From: Halocafeteria seosinensis
Taxonomy: Eukaryota
Reading direction: 5' to 3'
Length of the DNA: 64,000 nt
NCBI GenBank assembly: GCA_001687465.1
Contig: LVLI01000084.1
Coordinates: forward strand, 62,001-126,000
In this document: positions 11,110-22,800 of the stretch, in pieces
Position numbering within the stretch: the stretch's first letter is position 1
Layout: every line of letters begins with the position of its first letter
Translations under genes and position numbers: made by a program
Notes under the pieces: model-generated
The model's input: only the letters and a program-made list of their open reading frames with translations
Databases searched by the model: none
What the model was told of the DNA's origin: nothing

Positions 11110-12302
11110 TTTTTTTTTCTTTTTCCGTGTGTGATTTTCTTCAAACTTGCTCAGCCAATGGGGAAGATCGAGGAAGAACGAGCTCGGCGAATCAGTGCAA
11201 AAAAAAGAATAGATGCCGTGTATGTAGTCCCTTGAATGCAAGGAGAAAACCAAGCACAATTCTTTTTTGAGTACTGTTCGTCGTATTTCAGAAAGAAAGC
11301 GGAAAGAAAGAAAGAAGCAAATGTCAGTTTTGATGTGTTTCTCACGCTCTTTGTATCAGAATAGCCTGCATATCATCATACAAAAGCACACAGGACATGC
11401 AATCTCAAGCTCCTTTTCGATTCCTTCGGATACTTCCGAATCCTTTCGTATTCCCGTAAGTACGCACCTTACCTCGCTCTCCCGATCTGGAAATCCTTAG
11501 GCCCAACGAGGCGAATCAAAACATGGCATGTATCAACAATCTACGTATCCACACTGAGCTCAACTAGCAGCCCTTCCATGTGTCCGTCAACAAGAACTTC
11601 TGAAGAAGAGACAAACATATCTTTCAGAGTGCGTTTGTGAAGTTGGCCACCGAATGGTCTCTTGTTGAGCGGGGACGAATGTCGTAGACGAAGGAGACAC
11701 CATGAGTGAGGCCGGTTCGATGGAACTAGAACCACGGGCAAGGTACTGCAGTCCTACGTCTTTGCGCGCGTAAAATTGGTACGTTTAGTCAAGTGGCAAA
11801 TGATCACGTCCGTTGGACACATCGGCTGTAGACGAATACCTAAACACACGATGGGACTTCGAGATGAACCGTACCAGATACTATAGTCAAATGTTATCAA
11901 GCAAAAATGTATAACCGCCCCTCTCTTCTTAATTTCGATATTTGTGCGTGCGCCACAACAACGTACTGCTACGTACCTCAGTGCAGTTAGAAGTCAGATA
12001 TCATGAAGTTGAACCATTCCAGAGCTTCAATGGTGGTCCAAATTGTGGGATTATGATGACGACGACCTTATGCATGAATGGTGGCGGGTGACGTGCGTTC
12101 AACGGCAGAGCCGATTCGTAGATGGGCTGTGCAGAACTGCAACAGTCTCACCCTGAACTTCACAGACCGGAAGTCTGACTCGCAGCGTTATGAGGTGAAT
12201 GGCCATGTACAAGGGGTTGTTGGCATGAAATAGACTCTAGTTAGGAGTCAATACATCATACACCTTGGGTTGTAGTAGAACGTGTTTGCAGGGGAAAATA
12301 TA

Positions 12303-13033
12303 ATGGGAGGACGGCGACTGATCCTTGTACTTCTCGTGGTCGTATACCAGTCTTCTACAACACATGCATGGTTCGGCTGGGGTAGCTCTGCTTCCTCAGA
12401 AAATGTGAGGAAGCAGGAAGGGCTGGTCAGTCGGGCGAATCAAATAAGGCGATCGGTATTCAAACGCTTGGGGTTGACGGATGGCTTCCCGAAAAGGACG
12501 GAACGAGGCCCGGACTGCAGCTTTCAGCATGAGGTGTGCGTGAGCAGAAAATATCCAGATTCTTCTCAAGGAATGAATATTTCGGAAGTCTTGTTTACGA
12601 AGGCGTTCTTGTCCCCTGCACGGAAGTATGGACTGACGCACTGCTTGGACCAACGACGCGAGGTAAGTGAGTCCATTAACTCCCTACAACTTCCGTACAA
12701 TTCATAGAGACATAATGGAACTAAGTGCAGTGCTACGATAAGTGTGAAACCAAGTTTGGAGAGTGCGAAAAGCAGCTGCAGCGATGTATCTTGGACAGGT
12801 GCATGCTTCTGAAAACGGAGAAAGCAGGCAACCGATGTAGAGACTTTCAGCAACAGGTCACAAGTATTACCGGGAGTAGTGGTTGCAACGAGTTCCTACT
12901 GGCAAAAATGCGTTCATGCTCCTGTTCGCCAACTGATACACTACTGGAAAGCAGTTCTGTCCTTCCTGAAGTAAAGGCCTCGGGACACAGCCCTAGACTG
13001 GAAGACCATGAGGTCAGTGAAGAGGGGAGTTGA
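12303..13033 (+). CDS. Secreted group XII phospholipase A2-like protein, probably catalytically inactive; one intron 12663-12730
   Basis: Signal peptide LILVLLVVVYQSSTTHA. The spliced Cys pattern HCLDQRRECYDKC..CEKQLQRCILDRC..C..GCNEFLLAKMRSCSC matches the PLA2G12 pattern CCNQHDRCY..C..C..F..CL..C..GC..Y...Q...C.C. Confidence 0.65.
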
Positions 13034-13110
13034 GAGAGCTGCAACTTGAGAAGGAGGGAAAATTATTTTTGAGTTCAAGACCCCTATCCACAGGGTTGTG
13101 CAGGTGGTCC

Positions 13111-13159
13111 TGCATTGCTGCGAAATACGTGGCCTATGCATTGCTGCGAAATACGTGGC
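13111..13159. repeat. Exact 23-bp tandem duplication (period 26)
   Basis: TGCATTGCTGCGAAATACGTGGC at 13111-13133 and 13137-13159. Confidence 0.9.
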
Positions 13160-13468
13160 ACCGCTATCTAGTCGGGCAGAGACAAGGAGAGTAGTGAACA
13201 GTCTATCGATAGTCCCAGCGGTACGTGCGTAGCTTCGATGTATACATTTTCTCTGTATCGATAGATGGGCGTACCATGTAGGGCAAATGGTTTATCTAGA
13301 ACCTTCACCGACAGTGATTCCTAGAACCGCCCGTCCCGACAGTGATGCTGCTAGCATGCTTTTGTGGTGTCGTCACTATATAGGTAATTAAAGGAAAGAA
13401 AACTCGAAAAATGCATGCTATTCTGGGGTAGCAATAGCGTGTGGTTATTTGGATTAGGAGGAATGGAT

Positions 13469-14386
13469 CTACTTTTTGGTCGGTGCCGCCAACAGGTCCT
13501 CTAATTGACCCTTCAATTGGTTATTTATATCCGTAAGCCGCTGAACCTCGGTCTGGTGTTCATCTTCTTCCTGTTTCGCTTTTCGTTCCTCGTCTTGCTG
13601 CATTTGATCAAGCTTTTGTCGAAGGGATTCAACTTGCTGTTGTAAGTCTGATTTTTCGCTGCGTAGCTGCTCGAGCTTTTCTTTGAGATGAGCCCGACGT
13701 TGTTCCGCCATGAGAGCTTTTCTCATACCAAAAGCTATACTGCTTTCATATAATGTTTGGTAGGCCGCAATAGTCATTCGGATTTCATCTCGTACTCGAA
13801 GCAAGAGCAGTCCCCTTTCGGCACAGTTGATCGTCACTTGGCGTATCAATTCATCTGAAAAAAAAAGAAAGAAAACTCACAGTACAGGTACTTTACAGAC
13901 ATACACACAAACAGGCCACTTGAAATATAATAACCTACCAAAGCATTGTGCATACAATTCTTCTCGAATTGGGCAAATACCCGTTTCTCGGGCTTGCCGT
14001 TGTTGCAGTCTCATGTCAAGCTGCTCCTGTAAGTTTATCACGTCCAACCGCGTTGCGGGTGTACTCGATACGTATTGTACCCATAGCTGTCCGTCCGCCG
14101 TCCATTCCCGAGGTGGTAAAATGGAGTTTAAAATGTCTTCTGTTTGACTAGACGTTTGTTTTGTATCGACGGGCGGTAATTGCTGTTGATGCTGTTGACG
14201 TTTACTGGTTTTCCCTAGAGACTGTTGTTGCTGCGACGAACGCCCTCGGGCGTTCGAAGCTAAAACGGGCGTGTCATACTTGACCAAAGACGCTGAGACG
14301 GCATTGCTCCCTTGGGCTTTCTTACTGCCTCCGTTATCTTGATTGCCTTTCTGCGTCGTGCGACTTCCTCCTCCACTCGTGTTCAT
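13469..14386 (-). CDS. DNALI1: Axonemal inner-arm dynein light intermediate chain p28 (IDA4/DNALI1); intron 13855-13938
   Basis: EDILNSILPPREWT..LWVQYVSSTPATRLDVINLQEQLD..QARETGICPIREELYAQCF|DELIRQVTINCAERGLLLLRVRDEIRMTIAAYQTLYESSIAFGMRKAL. Confidence 0.96.
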
Positions 14387-14786
14387 TTTCTCTCTCTCGC
14401 TCGCTGATGAACTCGCACGGCAGCTTGGCCCTTTAGATTGAAGAAACCAAAATGGACAAAATTACACTCGTGGCATGGTAGCAAACCCTGTAATACCTTC
14501 ATAGAATGGCCTTGGGGATGGATCCGTTGACCCCATCCGGGCGTTTCGCCCGGATTGACGCGCGCCCGGTCCGGGCTGGCAAATTTCAAAACACTCCCCA
14601 GGGCGGTATGTGCTATTTGCCAAGGGTTTATGAGGTGATATACGTGATACAAGTGGTGCGTAAGGTAGTATACCAGCTTATCTTTCAGATGGTGAAGCGG
14701 TTGTGTCTGTGGAGACATGAGAAAGCAATGATATAGGGAGCTGAAAGTTGCAAAACTTCATTATTGTGGATGTTTTATGCCCCATA

Positions 14787-17700
14787 ATGGCCTCTACGAC
14801 CGCCCCTGCACGCTCATATCGAGTGGCTACGACGACTACCGCCACCGGCGGTAGCACGGCTAGCACTAGTGGCAGCAGCAGCGTGAATCTGGAGGAAGCA
14901 GAGGAGGGATACGACAATGACGGAGGCATGTGGAAGGCTTTGGAAAGCGCTAAACACACTTTACAAAGGAATGCGCATGAATATTTCACCGAGACACAGT
15001 CTCTTCAAAGGGAGCAAATGCAGTAAGTCAACAGAGAAGACGGTGGAGTGTCTTGTTGAGGGGTGATAAGTTTTTAAGTTATTTGCATTTTGGACGGACA
15101 GTGTAATCAAAGCACTCATCGAACATGTGTTGAATCTTCGGAACAAATTACATCGTCGACAGCTTCATAAGATTCATAATGCGTCGATGTCCCAACAACA
15201 GAGAGGAGACGGCGCGAGCCAACAGATTATCTCCGATAGCGATGAGGACGATGGGCAAGGTGGAGCCGGAGCTTTGGATGTGACAACTTCTCATTCGGCG
15301 ATCGAGGCGAATGAGAGTGGAATGACAACAGTTTCTAGTGATGATAAAGAAAACTCTGTTCAATATCACTTATCGGATCTTTCAGTAAGTCTTGTGCTAC
15401 GCTCTAGGTTCTCGTCTTGCAATAAGACAACGGTCCTTTCTTCCTCCTGTGTCAGAATTCGGAATTACAGAACCTGGTGTTGATCCATTCCCGGGATTCG
15501 CATTTGTTTCAACGCTCCTACAAAGAGACCGCTGACTTGTTGCAACAGACGCAAAAGTAAGCCCAAGAGGAAAAGACCCTTGGGGCTACGCAATTCTTTA
15601 CTGCTTTCATTTGAATCGTGCAGCTTGCTAACAAAATTGGAAGAGGACCGGTACCGCCTTCAGGAGGACGCTGCGAACCATCACGACCAACGTGTCGCGT
15701 TGGAAATTGAACTTAATAGACTTCGTGAACTCGTGCATAATGACAGTAGTGGCTCTACGCAAGCAAATGAGGAAGATCAAGCGGAACTGTTGAAGAAGAT
15801 GAACAACTTGATTGAGCAACGCGGTGTTTCGCAGAAATTCAACCTTCGGAGTCGACTAGAGCATGTGATGACTCAAGTTGCAGACTCCAAGGAAGAAATT
15901 GATAGTATACGGTCTAAACACCAGTCTATATCTTCCAGCGCTACGGGGTTCTTGTCCCAAATGAGTACCCATTTGGAGGAAAGACTAGATTCTCTGGCGA
16001 CAAGTTACACTGCTTTGAAAGGAGAGCGTGATGGTTTGCGGAACGAAAATGCCGAACTAAATTCGCAATTGTCTACTGCAAGGAAAGAAGTGGAGAGATT
16101 GCGTCAAGCCATCGATAGTTTGGAAACCCGTGATACGAGTGTCAATGAAGAGTTGAGCAAAGTTGGTGAGGAACGGAAGGATTTACAGAGACGTCTGAAC
16201 GAAAGCAACGAATATATTGACACCTTGCGTGCTTCTAATGAACAGTTGCAGCAACAGATAGCTGAGAGCAGGTACGAGTTGAATATACTCCAGCGCTCTG
16301 TCAGGACCAAAGAAAATTCCGTGCAAGAGGCGAATAAACGTCTTGCCAACTCTAAAGGATACCTTCAGGAATTTGTCAATACTTTGAGGTCCCAGCTTTC
16401 TGATTTAAAACTCTCAATCCCCTCATCGGTAGATGGTGTACAAAGGGACAGCGATCGAGTTGCTGGATACGTGCACTTACTATTATCACAGTACTCCTCC
16501 CTTCAGGGTGGCGTCGAGAGTAAGAAGGAGTTACTTTCGAATTTTCAGAATATGCTAGATGAAGAAAGGCATAATTATCAAGATCAAAGGCAAAGGGCTG
16601 AAAGACTACAACAGAAGAACGATGAACTGATGCGAGACTACTCATCTCTCGAAGAGCAGTTGAACACAGAACGACGGCAACATGAATTGCAGCAACAAAA
16701 GCTGGAAGACAAGTGCGAGCGATTAACATCAGAGCATAAATTAATCGAGCGTCAGTTGCAACAAGAGCGCGACGATCGAGAGTCATGGTATTCTTCTCTC
16801 AATGCCAGAGAGCAGTGGTACGAGAACCAGTTGACTACGCTGCGCAAAGAATACGAAACTGTTCAGCGGGCCGGTGAACAGAAAGAAATGGAGCTGTCTC
16901 GTCTCCAGAGACGCTTAAAGGAAGAATTGAAAGACAAAGAAAGCGCAGTGGATGAAAATCGCCGGTTAAAGGATGACCTAGATCGGCAAGAAGAACAATA
17001 TGGTTCTCGTGAGGAACAGTTGAGAACCCAAGTCGAGCGTTTACACGAAGAACTGAAACGATATGACGTCTCCAACCGTCGCAACCAACAAGAGAGAAAT
17101 ATGTGGCTACAGAGTAGGCAAAATCAGCTGTGGGAGCAACTTCAAATGCAACGAGAAGATTTTTCTGTGCGTGAATCCCAGTTACATGATCAAGTAGCGG
17201 AGCTTCATAAGCGCTGCACCGAATACGAAGAAGAAATTGAGCAGTGGCATTCCAAAGTGCAAGAAATTGAGGAAAGACGATCCCAGACTGTAAAGCAATT
17301 ACAAAGTGCAAGAGAAAAAGAAAAGGCCTTTAAAGAAGAATACACTCGCACCAAGGAATCGAATGAACTGTTGTACAACAGACTTTCCGAGATCAATCAA
17401 TTGACTCAGTCTCTTAAGGAAAGCAAGAAGGAGGCCGAAACCTTAGGTCAGGCGCTAGAGGAAGAACGAAGGCGTAGCGAGTCTCTGAACTCACAGTTGT
17501 TGGAGCTCCGCGAATCGAATAATAGACTTAGAAATGACTCATACTCTCGAGAGCAGTTGGAAAAAGAACTCTCGGAGAGTCAAATGGAATGGCAGAAGCT
17601 GTCTAAAGAATTGGATCAGGAAAAAGACCACAATAAGGAACTTAAGTCCCAAATGCAAGAGCTGCGTGGATCTAATGAACGGCTTCAAGAAGAGTTACGT

Positions 17701-19926
17701 AGCTCTCAAGAAGAGCTCAGAAATGCTTACCGAGATTTTCGTGAGAGGGAACGGCAATCCTTGAACAAATACTACCAAGTGCGTGACGAAGTATCGTTCC
17801 TGAAGAAGAGAAAGGTGGAGTTGTCCAACAGGTTGTTTTCAAGAGCTAGTTCACTCTACCAAGAATGTAATGACGTTAAGCGGGCGTTTTACGAGATTCA
17901 AGGAGAGGTAGAGTCTGCCTTACATGGTTTGTCAACTTCTATGCTTGATGATGCTGCTGGGCTTGTACGAAATGTACAGCGAGCCCAGAAAGGGCAGTCT
18001 TCCAGGATGTCAGCTCGCCATCCCTATGAAACCCGCACAAGAGAACTGCAACAAGAAAATGATTTGCTGTATCAGAAACTAAGTAAAATGAAGACCCGGC
18101 TCCAGTCTGAAGAGAATGAGAAGAATCACTATGCGAATGAGCTGACCACAGCTCGTGGCGTTCTTTCGAGTATAACCAATGCTTCTCATAGCACAAGCCA
18201 CCAGGACTCATTGGTCACTCAGCTACAGGGACTGGTGGAGGAATACAACTACTGCCTCCAGCAATTGCAAAATGCGAGAGATTACAGCGAGGGAGCGAGT
18301 TCTGTTTCGGAGGAACAAGTAGTTCGTGAAGGCGGTGCTCTTGCCGGTGTTCGTGATATTTTGCGTGATTTCAGTGACATGGATAATCCATCAAGTTTGA
18401 ACAATGATGATATGGTCTCACACCTTCGAGAACTGATATCTAGAGCATGGTCGAACTGGTCGGCATTACGACGCCAGGTGGATCAAATGGAGGGTAATTT
18501 ACTTCAATGGAAGGAGAAAAAGCGCACTACCGTTAAGAACAGGGATAATAGGATCGAGCAGTTGACGAACCAAGTCAGATCTCAACAGAGGCACATTGAG
18601 GATTTGAGGTCCACAACACAAGGTGCAGAAAGGAAGATTGATCAAATGTCGTCGACAATACAAAATCAGAAGGCTGTCATTGGGCGTCTGCGTTCTACTG
18701 TTCAGAACGTGAATACAGAAAACGAGTCACTGAAGATGAAGTTGGAGAGAGTGCGTTCTAAGCCGAAGCCGCATACTGGAGTCGGCGTGAAGAAAAACGT
18801 GATCAGGGGTCTTCAGCATACACTTGAAATTGTTCGTTCTATGAAGAAATGCGTGAAAAGCACCGGTAGGAGCGTTTCCGACAACTTGATATCAAGTCAA
18901 GAATTTTGTTATCTCGCGCAGTCTCGTTTGAAAGCTGGAGTTCGCTCTGCATTTGTTTCTGCTGGCTTTGACGCCTCTAAGGAGCCAAAACACCTACAGA
19001 ACCATGGAGCTGATATTTATGGCATGGTCGGTCATCCCCAAACGGCGACTGCTACGGACAGTAATGTGTTCTTAGAGATGTTCAAGTTACTGCTTCATTC
19101 CCGAAATGGGGGAGATGAAGTAGTGACCAAGCGATACCTTCGCCGGGCTGTGAAGTACCTTCTGACACAACTACGAGAAGGCGTGAATGCGAATGCGTAT
19201 TCAGATTTCGCAAGGCAGCTTGAGGCACTTAGGAGCGAGCTATCACAGCAAGGGACACCTGCAACGCAGCAAAACGTATCCAGGGGATATTCCAAACGAT
19301 CCGCGGGCCATCACCACCCTCAGCCAGGTATCCCTAGTGACGTCTCTGGAACCGAGGACAGCAAGGAAGAGTTACAAGAAACATACAGATTCGCTAAGAA
19401 ATTAAAAGCAGAGCTCTCAAAGAACAGCGACACTAGTAACGAAAAGAAGGAATTTGAAAAAGAGTTAGATTATGCAATGGAGCGACTGGGGAGAGAGTAT
19501 AAGAGTGCCAGTAGAAGTGTAGCAACAAGAGATCCTGCAACAGAAGGAACGGGCGCTGAAGCTGATCCTGCTCGCTATGCCGCGACTACGGAAGGCGAAT
19601 CAATACGAATACCTATCAAAGTGTTGGCACGTTTATCTAAGCGTTTCAGCTGGAGGAGAGATCCTTCAGATGGAACAGGAGGTTCTTCAGGACACGGCTA
19701 CGAGTCAGATGATACAAATGAGTACACAGAGGTTTACAGAACGTCTGCATCGTTACCGGTACCAGCTGCGGACGATACATCCCGTTTTTTCAGATATGAT
19801 CTAAAAGCGGGAAGACCCCTGGATCAAAATGACTTGGCGAGCGCAGCTACTCCTGCAACTAAAGTGGCACACAGTGTGAGGCATGGAAGGGTACATTACT
19901 CCGGATCAAACCCTGTAGCAACATAG
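14787..19926 (+). CDS. Very large coiled-coil protein (about 1600 aa), function unknown, possibly centrosomal or cytoskeletal; short 5' exons
   Basis: 1448-codon E/Q/R/L heptad-rich ORF preceded by exons from ATG 14787 with GT-AG introns (donors near 15023, 15385, 15557). Confidence 0.75.
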
Positions 19927-20444
19927 TTGGTATTATAGACTCATGTTGATTTAAGATAGTTTCCATTTTTTCCTTCCTTCCACCCCTAGTAGGTTTTTTC
20001 CCTACGCGCACACGGCAGAATTCTTAAATATTAAATGCGTTCGAAACTTCTCAAGATAGATAGAATTAATGGTATCCATTTATACGCTTGCCAACTATCT
20101 GCAATGATAAGTTCCGTTCCCAGGAATGTTACCGTTTCGAGGAGTCGAAACTCCGACCCCCAGTTTTTGCGCGCGTGGGTGCCATGCGGTTTGCTGCACT
20201 AGCATGCATCGTATACCCTACCAACCTCGACGTGTATTGTCAGAACAAACATTGGTTGGTACCATTGTCTGCGTTTCACGTTGTTTGGAAAGAGACGTGG
20301 ATTGATACCAGTGATGTCGGCATGGAAGTCGACAGGACGTCGGTTGTAAGGACGTTGATCCTGATGTTTTGTGGCCACAGTTGCAATTGAAAAAAAAAAA
20401 ACGAGGAAGTCCATAGGTGGCAGAAAAGCAGAACTGATCCGGAA

Positions 20445-22764
20445 ATGGAGAATAAACGTGAAAATGGAAAGGCAACCCCTATACGAAGCTCCAGTTCTCG
20501 AGTACGCTTGCAACGACGGAACTTGGCCAGTTCTGGGGCTTCCAGAGCATCAAGCGCTTTCGAACGACGCGATGTCAAAACAACTCATGTACCTAGCGTT
20601 GGCAAGATAGAAGATGAAGAGGAGGATTTTGAAGACTCAGTGTTTCTCCAGGAGTCGTCACTATTGGATTCACTAAGTCAACACGCGGCGTCAACCGTCT
20701 CATCAATCAGTGCTGTCAACGAAATTGTAGCTCCCGATGGAAGTCCCTTGCGGGATGAGTATTCACGGAAGCATCAGGAGCAGAAGAAGTCTCACCTACA
20801 CGTAGGCATGGTATATACAGGTAGGCTAGCGAGTTGCATGATATTCGGTTATTTAACAGGTCCATTCAGGAGGACATCATTTTTTCAGGTAACATACTAT
20901 CCCAGAAAAAGTTTAGACAGGAGACTCAGAGAAAGTATAGGGAAAGACCTACAATATTCGATGCAATCCAGGAAGAGTACAGACGCTCTCACACTAGTGA
21001 CTGTTGCATACCATCCGAAAGTACATGTAAGACCTCTAGTTTGAATTGGAGTCGCACTTGTCCGTATATCAAGCGTTGTAGCTTTTAACGACAGGGCACG
21101 TTGATCAAACATATGAGCCACCCAGTAATGAGAATTCCGAGCAAGTACGTAATTTCACCAAGAGAAGACCCATCTCTAAATGGTAGGGTTTCACATCTTT
21201 GTTTGGTTCAGCTACTATCCAGTTCCACATTTGATTCCAAGGAAGCACACCTCAGTGGGGAGCCCCTAAGACATTCGTTGACAACAGTAAGTCTTCTGTC
21301 TACCAGTAAGACGAACCTCCACGGTATCGAGTTTCCGTCTATCTTTTCTTGTTGCAGCACTCTGTTTCTCGGATGGACTCTCATCGCTACATGCGTCGGC
21401 GCAGACCGGGATACAGTATCTCGCAAATCCCACGTTTCAACTACCTGGCGGAGGAAACCAAAGTGAACTCCAAACCCGGCCCCGATGCGTACACTCTACC
21501 AGGTTCATTTCAGAAGCAACCAAAGTCACGACCATCCAGCGGATTCGCCCCACCTGTACAGTACAATCATTATAGAGGCTACGTAGGCGAATACTGGGAT
21601 AGTGAGCCGGGTCCAGGAGCATATCTCGGAGCAGGGGATTCCAAATGGAGTGGCCCCGACCCACTTCGTCCATCGAGCCTGGCAAAGCAGAGGGTCGTAG
21701 CCCTGGGTAATTCTCCTGGGACAGGGGGATGTAGAAGTCTCGGCAGTATTTTCGGGCGCTTCGTCGAATCACACGTTGGTAGCGGGAAAACCTCATCGAG
21801 GCACCAGAAATTACTGCATGAGCTACAATCGACTGGCAGACCTCGTTCAACAGGAAGAACTCGACCCCACACCTCCCCCGAAAACACACGGAACACATCT
21901 CTTGTGTGCCGGGAAGACTTTGAGAGCACGAATGTTATCCGTAAACCCTCCTATAAGAAATACCATATTGGAGAGCAAGGATCATCATCTTTCAAGGGTA
22001 TTGAGAGGCCCGAGCTGTTCAAACCTAAGGCGGATGTCCCTCCTACAGGTGCTTATCATAAAGACTTGGGATGGGAACATGGAACAGCCGTACTAACGTC
22101 TAAGACTAGCAGACCAAGAACAGTTTCAGTAGCGACCAGGTCCCGCGGTGTCAGGGATACAGGAAGCAGAACTAGCGGCTTCAATACTCCTAGCGTCTCA
22201 GAAGAGTCGTGGGTATTTCGCAGTAACACCCAAAGGAGTCCGACACATTTCCAGGAAACGAACCCCTCTGCTGACGATGAACTGTGTACGGATTCCGAAC
22301 TGAATCAGCAGTCATCATTGCAAGAGCAGCAAGGAGAATTCCAGGCTAATAACAGCATGGACTTCCCCTATGGGGAATCTACTTTGTCGAGTGAGGTAGT
22401 AGAAATTCCGTCGTTTTCTTTCAATACCGACGATCTGAGACAGCGCGACCCGGCGGTACAAGATCCAAAAGACGGAAGTAAATCGAACAGATCAAGGCTA
22501 CGAGTTGGAACTCCAGCTAGCACCCAGCACAATTCCTCATCGCGCCCGAAAACCGGATCTACTCGCCCGTCTGGTCGCTTTACGTTTCGTTACAGTGACT
22601 CTAATAACCTCTCCAAGAGCAGTCGTCTCTTGCCATTGAGGAAGAGGACGAAGAGTCTGGAAAACAGCCGTCGCTTGCCAAGGGTACCTCACACACCTAC
22701 GACAGTATCCACCTACTTTCAAACTTCATCGATGAATAGAAATCCCAAAAAGCGGTGGATTTGA
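20445..22764 (+). CDS. Low-complexity protein with SHIPPO/ODF3-type PGP-x-x-Y repeats (axonemal microtubule-associated), spliced
   Basis: KPGPDAYTLPGSF, EPGPGAY, SSSFKGIER..VPPTGAY in the 471-aa last exon. Upstream ORF pieces are flanked by GT-AG sites. Confidence 0.6.
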
Positions 22765-22800
22765 AGAACTCCACGACAGTGCCAGTCTCTCGAGACTGTT

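Noticed and set aside
10420..11235. 271-aa plus-strand ORF and similar antisense ORFs
   Set aside because: Shadows of low-complexity coding sequence on the opposite strand; no domain features.
13111..13350. CRISPR-like array
   Set aside because: Only two copies of each repeat, no regular spacers, no cas genes, and a eukaryotic context.
14470..14490. RFX X-box upstream of DNALI1
   Set aside because: Poor match to GTTNCCATGGNAAC, and not repeated at the other ciliary genes.
11761..20176. Shared TTTGCGCGCGT at 11761 and 20166 as a promoter motif
   Set aside because: A single 11-mer match is expected by chance, and it is not a proper E2F consensus.
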